DNA of 64,000 bases from an uncultured Clostridia bacterium (lineage in GTDB: Bacteria > Bacillota > Clostridia > Christensenellales > Borkfalkiaceae), in contig CANQUL010000003.1 in assembly GCA_947627015.1 (NCBI GenBank), positions 2,895 through 66,894 of the forward strand, read 5' to 3'. The position numbers and the translations under genes are program-made. This document shows, piece after piece, positions 1 to 7,617 of this stretch (position 1 is its first letter; the number at the start of each line of letters is the position of its first letter). The notes under the pieces are model-generated. The model was not told the origin of the DNA. It ran no database searches and saw only the letters and a list, made by a program, of their open reading frames with translations.

Positions 1-231
1 TCCGCCGTCGAGCCCGAGACCGTCGATCCTCGAGACGCAGCACGGAATGACGAGATGGCGGATGTCCGCCATGTCTTTTTTGAGCCCGAGGACGGTGTAG
101 CTCCCGTCCGCGTTTTTGGCCGCCCGGAAGAGGCTCTTGACGGCCTTCTCCGCGGCCTGCGGGTTGAAATACCATTCAAAGTTGAATTCGATCGGGGGCT
201 TTTTGCCCAAGCCGAAGAGGGACAGAAACAT
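1..231 (-). CDS. hypothetical protein, N-terminal part only (gene runs off the left window edge)
   Basis: ATG at 229-231 (minus) preceded by AAGGAG (plus 240-245) with 8-nt spacing. Frame stays open to position 1 (MFLSLFGLGKKPPIEFNFEWYF...). Absent from the ORF track because no stop lies in the window. No family recognised. Confidence 0.5.
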   Translation of the reverse strand, partial: MFLSLFGLGKKPPIEFNFEWYFNPQAAEKAVKSLFRAAKNADGSYTVLGLKKDMADIRHLVIPCCVSRIDGLGLDGG

Positions 232-266
232 GCGTTATTCTCCTTATCGCGAAGTTTTGTAACTTT

Positions 267-295
267 ATTATAATCCCGCGCGCGGCATTTGTCAA
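267..295 (-). promoter_or_regulatory. sigma-A type promoter for the truncated leftmost gene
   Basis: Minus-strand TTGACA (290-295), 17-nt spacer, TATAAT (267-272), about 35 nt upstream of the ATG at 231. Confidence 0.5.
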
Positions 296-360
296 TACGG
301 CGTCCGGAAAAAGTGCGGGGAGAATGAGGGTTGGGGTGCCTTTTTCGGGGACGGATCCGT

Positions 361-891
361 TCAGCGGCCGAAAAAGTTCCGGATGATCTCGGCGATGCGG
401 CTCCGGTAGACGACATTCCCCCCGCCCCCCGTAAAGCAGAGGGGAGGATAGACGACGCACCACCAATTGTCCCCGTTTCCCGACCCCAGTTCGAGAATGA
501 GCGCGTCATAGACGCCCGCACCGAGGGTCACGCCCTCATAGACGCGGGTGGGGAATTCCTCCTTCCGGATGCTCGCCCGCGCTCCGTACGGAAAGCCGTT
601 TTCTCCGAGGACGGCCTCCGCCGTCCGTTCGATGCGGGGAAGCGCCGCCGTAAGCGCCCGGATCGCCGCCTCCTTGCTCTCCGCCTGTGCGGCGAGGGGC
701 GTGAGCAGCTCCACCACGGCGTCGCGGACCTTGTATTTTACGGCCTGTGCCGCGGCTTCATTGGAATCGGCGCGGATGTGGATACGGAGATAGGCGGAAT
801 CGGGACCACCCATGTCCGAAGTACGGCCTCCGAAGAGCAGCAGGCCGCCGATGAGTGCGATGAGAACAAGACAGGCGATGAGTTTTTTCAT
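361..891 (-). CDS. spoIIR: stage II sporulation protein R (SpoIIR)
   Basis: Inside ORF 361..1191. Start moved to M101 (MKKLIACLVLIAL signal/anchor), preceded by GGGAGG. Contains LRIHIRADSNE...KYKVRDAVV and NWWCVVYPPLCF blocks typical of SpoIIR. Confidence 0.85.
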   Translation of the reverse strand: MKKLIACLVLIALIGGLLLFGGRTSDMGGPDSAYLRIHIRADSNEAAAQAVKYKVRDAVVELLTPLAAQAESKEAAIRALTAALPRIERTAEAVLGENGFPYGARASIRKEEFPTRVYEGVTLGAGVYDALILELGSGNGDNWWCVVYPPLCFTGGGGNVVYRSRIAEIIRNFFGR

Positions 892-909
892 GAAAGACCT
901 CCCGGGGAA

Positions 910-938
910 GGTATTGCCGTGAAGCAACGTTTTTATAC
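910..938 (-). promoter_or_regulatory. candidate forespore sigma-F type promoter of spoIIR
   Basis: Minus strand reads GTATA (934-938), 15 nt, GGCAATACC (910-918), resembling the GTATA-N15-GGnnAnAnT sigma-F pattern. spoIIR is sigma-F dependent in Bacillus. Confidence 0.35.
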
Positions 939-1009
939 CTTCAGAGGGCATTTGAAAAAGTCCGCATAAAAAATTTTCGCCTTGCGCACATTGTGCATAG
1001 GAGGAAATT

Positions 1010-1750
1010 ATGAAAAAGATTTTGCTTTCAGCCGCGCTTTCGGTCTGCATGCTTGCTGCCGCGGCCGCGGGCGTTACGGCGACCGTTCGTCCCGACTGTG
1101 CCGCCGCACAGAAGCAGGAGACGACGGAAGCGGCCGTACTCAGGCAGGGTTCCACGGGTGCGGAGGTCAAGGAAGTCCAGCGCCGCCTCAAAAATTGGGG
1201 ATACTATTCGGGCGCCTTGGACGGCATCTTCGGCTCCGGGACCAGACAGGCGGTCATCGTCTTCCAGAAGAAGAACGGGCTGACCGCCGACGGCATTGTC
1301 GGGAAGGCGACGTATGCCGCGCTCGGCATGATGGATTCGTACAACGCACTGGGCGGCGACACGTCGAATAAGCCGCAGACGGGCGCTTCGAATTACACCT
1401 CTTCGGACCTCTATCTCCTCGCAAAGTGCATCTATGCGGAGGGACGGGGCGAGAGCTATACGGGACAGGTCGCGATCGGCGCCGTCATCATGAACCGCGT
1501 CAAGAGCCCCAAGTTCCCCAATACCGTCTCGGGCGTCATCTACCAGAAGGGCGCGTTCACCGCGGTCACCGACGGACAGATCAACCTCGAGCCCAACCAG
1601 ACGGCTTACAACGCCGCCCGCGACGCCATGAACGGCTGGGATCCCTCTTACGGGAGCCTCTACTATTACAACCCCGCCGTCGCAACGAGTTCTTGGATCT
1701 TCGGCCGCAAGACGGTCACGGTCATCGGCAAGCATGTCTTTGCCATATAA
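1010..1750 (+). CDS. sleB: spore cortex-lytic enzyme SleB (peptidoglycan-binding domain plus hydrolase domain)
   Basis: Signal peptide, then a PG-binding repeat (GSTGAEVKEVQRRLKNWGYYSGALDGIFGSGTRQAVIVFQKKNGLTADGIVG). C-terminal SleB catalytic block (LLAKCIYAEGRGESYTGQVAIGAVIMNRV...VIYQKGAFTAV). GGAGG RBS. Confidence 0.9.
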   Translation: MKKILLSAALSVCMLAAAAAGVTATVRPDCAAAQKQETTEAAVLRQGSTGAEVKEVQRRLKNWGYYSGALDGIFGSGTRQAVIVFQKKNGLTADGIVGKATYAALGMMDSYNALGGDTSNKPQTGASNYTSSDLYLLAKCIYAEGRGESYTGQVAIGAVIMNRVKSPKFPNTVSGVIYQKGAFTAVTDGQINLEPNQTAYNAARDAMNGWDPSYGSLYYYNPAVATSSWIFGRKTVTVIGKHVFAI

Positions 1751-1759
1751 GGAGGAGCA

Positions 1760-3724
1760 ATGAAAAAGGAAATCGGAAAAAATCAGTCGAGCGGCGCCGA
1801 AAAGGTGGAGCGCATCGAGCGGGAGACCGCGGCAGACGTAAACAGCCGTATTGCGCCCGATGAGACCAAAAAGGACCATAGCATGTCCGAGGGAAAGCCG
1901 CAGAAAAGTACGAAATCTTCCGCAAAGAAGCCCGTCCGCAAGGAGGCGGCCCTTCGGGAGAAGAAGGCGGCCGCACAGCGCGTGAACACCGCCAAGGCGC
2001 GCGCCGAAAAAAAGAAGAAAAAGGCGGAGGAGAAGGCTTCTTATAAGGAGAAGAAGCTCGAAAAGAAGCGGGCCGTCAAGGAAAAGAAACTTGCCCGCAA
2101 GGAGATGATCGCGCGGAAGAAGGCCGACCGCATCGCGGCAAAGGAGAAGCGCAGGGCCGACCTCAAGGCAAAGCGCGTGGAGAAGAAGGCCGAGGCAAGG
2201 GCCCGCCGCGAGATGCTCAAAAACGAATCCAAGGCAGAGCGGCAGAAGCGCATTCTGCGCGAGAAGCGGGAGCGCATCGCCGCCAAGCGCAGTGCGGCGG
2301 AGGCAAAGGAGAAGGCGCGGGAGAACCGCCGCAAGGCACGGGAGACCGCACGGGCCCGCAGGGCGCAGGAGAGACGCGAAAAACGCGAGGAACGTGCTTC
2401 GCGCAGGACGCCCGGCTTCGGAGGATGGCTCGCCGCCGTCATTTCGCTCGGAACGGCCTGTCTCATTCTCGCAACGGTCGTCACGGCCGGAGCCTTCCGC
2501 ATGAACGACATGGACCTCACGGTCGAAAACGGTTACCGTTCCGCCCTTTATGAGATGGTCTCCGTCTCCGAGGAACTCGACGACAATCTCGGAAAGCTGC
2601 GCGTCGCCTCGGGTACGGACGAACAGCGGAAGCTGCTCACGAACATTCTCGTCGACTCCGCGCTTCTCGAGAGCGCCCTCGAAAAGGTCCCCGTCGAGAC
2701 GGCCACGGGCGCCGACCTCTCGTCCTTCGTCAACCGCACCAATTCCTATGCCCGCACCATGCTCAAAAAGCTCGATTCCGGGGCCCCGCTTTCGGGCGAG
2801 GAACGGGAGAGCCTTGCGAGCCTCTATGAGACCAACGGCAGGATGCATACCGCCCTCAACACCCTCATCAACGCGATGACGGAGGGCGACCTCAAGGACT
2901 TCGCCGCAGGGAAGGAGACGGGCATGAACGAGAAGCTCGGCGAACTCGGCCGCGGCATGCGCGGGGATGACGACCTTCTCGATGCTCCCTTCTCCGAGGA
3001 GGGCAACCTCGGCGAAAACCGTCTCTCCCGTTTCGAGGAGATCACGGCGTCGGAGGCCGAAGAGCGCGTAAGGGCGTACTTCCGTTCCTATCATGTGCGC
3101 GACGTCAACTACACGGGCGAGACGTCGGCGAAGGGCGTCATGTGCTACAACTTCGTGCTCGTCGACGAGAACGACGTCGAGATCTACGCGCAGATCAGCA
3201 AGCGCGGAGGAAAGCTCGTGTTCTTCAACACCTATGAGGAGTGCACGCAGAAGAACTTCGACCTCGAGGCCTGCGATGCGATCGCACGCAAGTTCTTAAA
3301 GGAGATCGGCATCGGCAACGTGGAGGCCGTGTGGCTGTCCGACGGCGGCATGGTCGCAAATCTCACCTACACGACGGTCGAGGAGCACGTCCGCATCTAT
3401 CCCGAGCTCATCCGCATCCGCGTCTGCGAGGAGAAGGGCCGCGTCATCGGCATGGACGCCAACAACTACCTCGTCAACGACAAGGAGTATGACCTCTCGC
3501 ACCGCATCACAAGGGACGAGGCGCGGGGCAGGCTCTCCGCCGACCTCGAGGTCCTGAGCGGAACGCTTGCGCTCATCCCCATCGACGGGGAGGAAGTGCT
3601 CGCCTATGAGTTCCATTGCAAGACGGGCGACGAGGAGTACCTCATCTATATCGACGCGAATTCGGGCAAGGAAGTCGAGATCTTCCGCGTCCGCGAGAGC
3701 GCAAGAGGGTCCTATCTGCGATAA
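1760..3724 (+). CDS. ypeB: germination protein YpeB-like (PepSY-domain partner of SleB) with a long charged N-terminal extension
   Basis: Lies 10 nt downstream of sleB with an AAGGAGG RBS. Single TM (aa ~222-246) followed by a YpeB-like ectodomain and C-terminal PepSY-like repeats (EEVLAYEFHCKTGDEEYLIYIDANSGKEVEIFR). Confidence 0.8.
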   Translation: MKKEIGKNQSSGAEKVERIERETAADVNSRIAPDETKKDHSMSEGKPQKSTKSSAKKPVRKEAALREKKAAAQRVNTAKARAEKKKKKAEEKASYKEKKLEKKRAVKEKKLARKEMIARKKADRIAAKEKRRADLKAKRVEKKAEARARREMLKNESKAERQKRILREKRERIAAKRSAAEAKEKARENRRKARETARARRAQERREKREERASRRTPGFGGWLAAVISLGTACLILATVVTAGAFRMNDMDLTVENGYRSALYEMVSVSEELDDNLGKLRVASGTDEQRKLLTNILVDSALLESALEKVPVETATGADLSSFVNRTNSYARTMLKKLDSGAPLSGEERESLASLYETNGRMHTALNTLINAMTEGDLKDFAAGKETGMNEKLGELGRGMRGDDDLLDAPFSEEGNLGENRLSRFEEITASEAEERVRAYFRSYHVRDVNYTGETSAKGVMCYNFVLVDENDVEIYAQISKRGGKLVFFNTYEECTQKNFDLEACDAIARKFLKEIGIGNVEAVWLSDGGMVANLTYTTVEEHVRIYPELIRIRVCEEKGRVIGMDANNYLVNDKEYDLSHRITRDEARGRLSADLEVLSGTLALIPIDGEEVLAYEFHCKTGDEEYLIYIDANSGKEVEIFRVRESARGSYLR

Positions 3725-3736
3725 GAACACCCCGAT

Positions 3737-3772
3737 CCGTTATTTCGAAATATATCGAAATAACGGATTTTT
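3737..3772 (+). terminator. intrinsic terminator candidate after ypeB (also palindrome A of the repeated module)
   Basis: Perfect 12-bp arms CCGTTATTTCGA / TCGAAATAACGG with a 6-nt loop, followed by ATTTTT. Begins 13 nt after the ypeB stop. Confidence 0.55.
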
Positions 3773-3840
3773 GCATAAAAATAAGTAATTTCTTCGAAAA
3801 GAATCAGAAAAATCATTTAATTCGATGAAAATCGAAATAA
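3740..3840. repeat. AT-rich module, copy 1: two 24-bp palindromes 77 bp apart
   Basis: TTATTTCGAAATATATCGAAATAA (3740-3763) and TTAATTCGATGAAAATCGAAATAA (3817-3840). The same pair with the same spacing recurs at 22372-22472. Confidence 0.6.
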
Positions 3841-3932
3841 TGATGTTCCGTCCGACGGGGAGCTCTTCCCGGGCAGAGAGGGGAAGGCGCGGGGCGGGCC
3901 GGGCGAAATTTTTGCGGAGACCTTGCAATCGC

Positions 3933-3961
3933 TTGCAAAACGGCGCGGAAAGTAGTACAAT
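3933..3961 (+). promoter_or_regulatory. promoter of trmL; geometry suggests a leaderless mRNA
   Basis: TTGCAA (3933-3938), 17 nt, TACAAT (3956-3961). The trmL ATG starts 7 nt after the -10 and has no Shine-Dalgarno. Confidence 0.45.
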
Positions 3962-3967
3962 ATTGGT

Positions 3968-4465
3968 ATGTTCCACATCGTATTGGTCGAGCCGGAGATC
4001 CCGCAGAACACGGGCAATATCGCGCGAACCGCCGCGGCGACGGGGTGCGTGCTTCATCTTGTCAAGCCGCTCGGCTTTGAACTTTCCGACAAATATCTCC
4101 GCCGTGCAGGCCTCGATTACTGGCCGCTGGTCGAGGTGACCGTCCACGAGGACCTCGGCGAGGTCCTTGATGCGATGGGAGATGCGCCTTATTTTCTCTT
4201 TACGACCAAGGCGGAGCGCGCCTATACGGACGTCCGCATCCCCGCGGGGAGCTATCTCTTCTTCGGAAGGGAGACGGCGGGGCTCGAAGAAGAATTTCTG
4301 GTCGCACATCGCACGCACTGCGTCCGCATCCCCATGCGGGAGGGCCTCCGCTCGCTCAATCTCTCCAACAGTGTGGCGGTCGCCGTGTATGAGGGATTGC
4401 GGCAGAACGCGTTTGGCGGCCTTTCGGAGGCAGGGAGCCTCCGCCGACTGCAATGGAACGGCTGA
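3968..4465 (+). CDS. trmL: tRNA (cytidine/uridine-2'-O-)-methyltransferase TrmL (SpoU family)
   Basis: MFHIVLVEPEIPQNTGNIARTAAATG...LFFGRETAGL...IPM...RSLNLSNSVAVAVYE, the canonical TrmL/SpoU-TrmD fold motifs. 165 aa. Confidence 0.9.
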   Translation: MFHIVLVEPEIPQNTGNIARTAAATGCVLHLVKPLGFELSDKYLRRAGLDYWPLVEVTVHEDLGEVLDAMGDAPYFLFTTKAERAYTDVRIPAGSYLFFGRETAGLEEEFLVAHRTHCVRIPMREGLRSLNLSNSVAVAVYEGLRQNAFGGLSEAGSLRRLQWNG

Positions 4466-5538
4466 AGCGGCGTCTGCCCGCGCTCACAGGGCTCTTTTTG
4501 GCTGCGGCCATGCTGCTCCTTGTCTTTGTCCCGCCCGCGCGGAGCGTGTTTTCGGACGAAAAGCACTATCACTGCGTCTGGGAGGACGGCACGACGGAGG
4601 AGAGCTTTGCATCCGCCTCGTTTTTCCTCGACGGCATCGCGGAGGACGGGCGTCTGCGCCTTGTAGACGGCGACAGGACAGGTTACGTCTCCGTAAGCCC
4701 CTCTTTCGGACATGCCTATGCCATTTTATGTCACGGCGATCTTTTTGAACTTCTGACCTCGGACATGGGTGGCCTCGATCCGCTCGAACGGACCGCCCTC
4801 TATGCCCGCTTTTCGGAGACGGTCTTTTATTCCTCGGGTGCATTCTCCTTTGACGGCGCCGCGGTGCACCCCTCCGATCCCGTATTCGCGCGCGAAGTCG
4901 TCCTGCTCGACGGGCCCTTGCCGTCCGGATACCTCAAAGAGATGGGTGCCGTCTCGCTCCGGATCGCGTCCGAAGCGGAAATTTCGCCCTATGACCTTGC
5001 GGGGAGCAAGGTCATAGAACTCTCGGCCGAATCCCCGTACCGGACGGAAAACGGAGCCCTGTACCGCGACACGCCGGGCGGCGTGCGCTTCGTCTGCTCG
5101 CTCCCGGACTGCGCCGATCTGACGGTCTCCGATTGCGATTTTGCGGACATGGGGTCACTTTTTCCAAGCCAAAACCTCGTTTCGGTGCGGCTTCCTTTCG
5201 TGGGAAGCGCAAAGAATGCCCAAGGAAGCGACTTCCAAGGCCGTTTTGCATACCTGTGGTCGAAAAACGGCGAAATTTTTGTTCCCGAGACCCTCAAGCG
5301 CGCGGAGGTGACGGGCGGGGTGCTCGTCGCGTATGCCTTTTACGGCGCGCCCGCCCTCGAGGAGGTCACGGCCTGCGGCATCCCCGCCCACGACGTCTCG
5401 CGGCAGGCCTTTTCGGGTGTTCCGTCGCTGCGGCTCATCCATTCGCCCCGCGACGATCTCGAACTTGACGGGACCTTCGAACGCGAGCCCCTTCCGTGCG
5501 GCTGTACTCTTTACCGAAGAACAGGAGGAATCCAATGA
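4453..5538 (+). CDS. membrane-anchored/secreted hypothetical protein with weak BspA-type leucine-rich-repeat-like C-terminal half
   Basis: N-terminal hydrophobic anchor (LTGLFLAAAMLLLVFV). 13-nt overlap with trmL and ATGA overlap with cls. C-terminal segments resemble LRR_5 strands (AYAFYGAPALEEV...RQAFSGVPSL). Confidence 0.6.
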   Translation: MERLKRRLPALTGLFLAAAMLLLVFVPPARSVFSDEKHYHCVWEDGTTEESFASASFFLDGIAEDGRLRLVDGDRTGYVSVSPSFGHAYAILCHGDLFELLTSDMGGLDPLERTALYARFSETVFYSSGAFSFDGAAVHPSDPVFAREVVLLDGPLPSGYLKEMGAVSLRIASEAEISPYDLAGSKVIELSAESPYRTENGALYRDTPGGVRFVCSLPDCADLTVSDCDFADMGSLFPSQNLVSVRLPFVGSAKNAQGSDFQGRFAYLWSKNGEIFVPETLKRAEVTGGVLVAYAFYGAPALEEVTACGIPAHDVSRQAFSGVPSLRLIHSPRDDLELDGTFEREPLPCGCTLYRRTGGIQ

Positions 5539-7124
5539 AAAACCGAACGCTGAAAAAGCTGATGAGCCGTCTTCCCCTCACGGCGCTTGCCATCATGGGG
5601 ACCTTTGTGGCGCTCTTTCTTTTGAGCGTGTACTGTTTTTATCATCTGAGCGGATGGATTGTCTTTCTCATTCCCGCCCTCGCGCCGCACAAGGACATCA
5701 TCGATGCCGTGCTCGAGGTCATCCGGTTCCTCATCATCTTTATTACCGCGCTGCACTGCGCCAACCGCGATCTCGTGCCCGAGACCAAGATCCCGTGGCT
5801 GATCTGCATCACCATTCTGAACCTCTTCGGCGTGGCCATCTACATCGTGTTCTCCAACCACCGTCCGTCGCTGAAAACGCGCCGTCTCTATAACGCCTAC
5901 ATGGCGCGCACGGCAAAGTACGAGACGCGCGTCTTTTCGCGGGAGGAACTGCGCGAGAAGATGGGGCATTGGGCGTCCGTGTCCGAAGCTCTCACGACGG
6001 CGAGCCGTGCATCCGTCGTCCGCGGCGGAACGCGCACCGAGTACTTCGAGAGCGGCGAGGCCTTCCGCGACCGTCTGCTTGCCGACCTCGAGAGCGCCGA
6101 AAAGTACATCCTCCTCGAGTTCTTCATCATCGAGAAGGGGGAATTCTGGAATGCCATCCTCGACATTCTGGCCCGCAAGGTGAAAGAGGGGGTCGAAGTC
6201 CATCTCATGTACGACGACATCGGCTGCATGGGCAAGATCCATCTCAACTATCACAACACCATGCGCAAGATGGGCATCGACTGCGTCAAGTTCAACCCCT
6301 TCATCCCCGTCGTCTCGGCCGTGCACAACAACCGCGATCACCGCAAGATCGCCGTCATCGACGGGAAGGTCGGCTACACGGGCGGCGTCAATCTTGCCGA
6401 CGAATACGTCAACGCGGTCGAATACTTCGGCCACTGGAAGGACACGGGCGTGCGGCTCGAGGGCGCCGCGGTCGCCGATCTCGTTCTGCTCTTCTTCCGC
6501 CTCTACGGCCTCAACAAGAACGCCGTGCAGGACATTGCGCCCTACATGCCCGAACCCTTCGAGACGGAGGACGACGGTCTCGTGCAGGTGTACGGCGACG
6601 GCCCGTTCCCCCTCTACAAGCGGCACATGAGCGAGGACGTCTATGTCAACATCATCAACAATGCCGTAAAGTATGTGTGGATCACCACGCCCTACCTCAT
6701 CATCGACTACCGGATGCGCGAGGCGCTGACGCTCGCCGCCCAGCGCGGAGTGGACGTCCGCGTCCTTACGCCCCACATTCCCGACAAAAAGATCGCCTTC
6801 GCCCTGACGCGCTCCAACTACGCCGCGCTCATCAAGGGCGGAGTCAAGGTCTATGAGTACACGCCGGGATTCATCCATGCAAAAAGTTTTATCGCCGACG
6901 ACGCGGTGGGGGTCGTGGGCACCATCAATCTCGATTACCGCGCCTTTCTGTATCACTTCGAGGACGCCGTGCTGATGTATCGGACCAAGGCTGTCGAACA
7001 GCTGAAGGCGGACATGCTGGCCACCTTTGAGGTCTCTAAGGAACAGACGATCGAAGATGCAAAGCGCAGCGTGGTGTGGAGATGGGTGTGCGAACTCGCC
7101 AAGATTTTCGCTCCGCTCTTCTGA
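5535..7124 (+). CDS. cls: cardiolipin synthase (phospholipase D family, two HKD motifs)
   Basis: Start set to M14 of ORF 5496..7124 (AGGAGG 6 nt upstream). HKD motifs HRKIAVIDGKVGYTGGVNLADEY and HAKSFIADDAVGVVGTINLDYRAF. Two N-terminal TM helices. Confidence 0.9.
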   Translation: MKNRTLKKLMSRLPLTALAIMGTFVALFLLSVYCFYHLSGWIVFLIPALAPHKDIIDAVLEVIRFLIIFITALHCANRDLVPETKIPWLICITILNLFGVAIYIVFSNHRPSLKTRRLYNAYMARTAKYETRVFSREELREKMGHWASVSEALTTASRASVVRGGTRTEYFESGEAFRDRLLADLESAEKYILLEFFIIEKGEFWNAILDILARKVKEGVEVHLMYDDIGCMGKIHLNYHNTMRKMGIDCVKFNPFIPVVSAVHNNRDHRKIAVIDGKVGYTGGVNLADEYVNAVEYFGHWKDTGVRLEGAAVADLVLLFFRLYGLNKNAVQDIAPYMPEPFETEDDGLVQVYGDGPFPLYKRHMSEDVYVNIINNAVKYVWITTPYLIIDYRMREALTLAAQRGVDVRVLTPHIPDKKIAFALTRSNYAALIKGGVKVYEYTPGFIHAKSFIADDAVGVVGTINLDYRAFLYHFEDAVLMYRTKAVEQLKADMLATFEVSKEQTIEDAKRSVVWRWVCELAKIFAPLF

Positions 7125-7140
7125 CGGGAGGGACTTCTTT

Positions 7141-7389
7141 ATGATCCATTCGCTTGCGGGCGGCGTGCTCGCGGACAATTCCAATCAACTCTTTGCGAAG
7201 GTGGAGGTATGCGGCACGCCCCGCTGGTACCTTGCGCCCTTTTCCGTCGCCGCGGGGGACCGCGTGCTCGTTCCCTTCGGCCCCGCCGAGGCGCTCACGG
7301 AGGGCACGGTCCTCAGGACCGAGCTCTGCACGCCCCAGACCGCGCCCGTCCCCGCAAAGCACAGAAAAGCCATCGAAAAAAAGCTCTAA
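7141..7389 (+). CDS. small conserved-looking hypothetical protein (82 aa)
   Basis: M39 of ORF 7027..7389 (MIHSLAGGVL...) preceded by GGGAGGG. Sits between cls and the mntP promoter. No family assigned. Confidence 0.55.
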   Translation: MIHSLAGGVLADNSNQLFAKVEVCGTPRWYLAPFSVAAGDRVLVPFGPAEALTEGTVLRTELCTPQTAPVPAKHRKAIEKKL

Positions 7390-7393
7390 ACGG

Positions 7394-7422
7394 TTGACAT
7401 TCTCGTTTCCGTATGGTACAAT
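7394..7422 (+). promoter_or_regulatory. sigma-A promoter driving the Mn riboswitch-mntP unit
   Basis: TTGACA (7394-7399), 17 nt, TGG-TACAAT (extended -10, 7414-7422). Confidence 0.6.
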
Positions 7423-7431
7423 CAAGATGGT

Positions 7432-7554
7432 CATAGGGGAGTAATCGGCTTGCCGCGGGGCAAGCGGCAGCGTCCACATCATGCGGAGGATCCGCGGGTG
7501 CTGCATGAAACGGTGAGACTTATGCACGGCTCTTTCGTGCGTGAGTCTTTTTTA
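7432..7554 (+). promoter_or_regulatory. yybP-ykoY (Mn2+) riboswitch with terminator expression platform
   Basis: CAUAGGGGAGUA...GUCCACAUC...GGUGAGACUUAUG matches the conserved GGGGAGUAG / ACAU / GAGAC cores, with P1 CAUA/UAUG. Terminator arms 7516-7526 and 7538-7548 (two G-U pairs) plus U6 at 7549-7554 overlap the 3' strand of P1. Directly upstream of mntP. Confidence 0.8.
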
Positions 7555-7617
7555 TACCCTTTCCGGTTGCGCGCTTCGGCCCGTGCTTGCCCCTTTTCGA
7601 GGGGGGCGGAGGATGGT

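Noticed and set aside
1980-2400. Highly repetitive AAG/GAG/GCG-rich DNA that could look like a tandem repeat or CRISPR-like array.
   Set aside because: It is the in-frame coding sequence of the K/E/R/A-rich YpeB N-terminal extension. There is no fixed repeat unit, no spacers and no cas genes.
3825-4139. A 104-aa plus-strand ORF starting inside the AT-rich palindrome module and overlapping trmL out of frame.
   Set aside because: It has no RBS, the translation is Arg/Ser-rich, and it overlaps the well-supported trmL gene in another frame.
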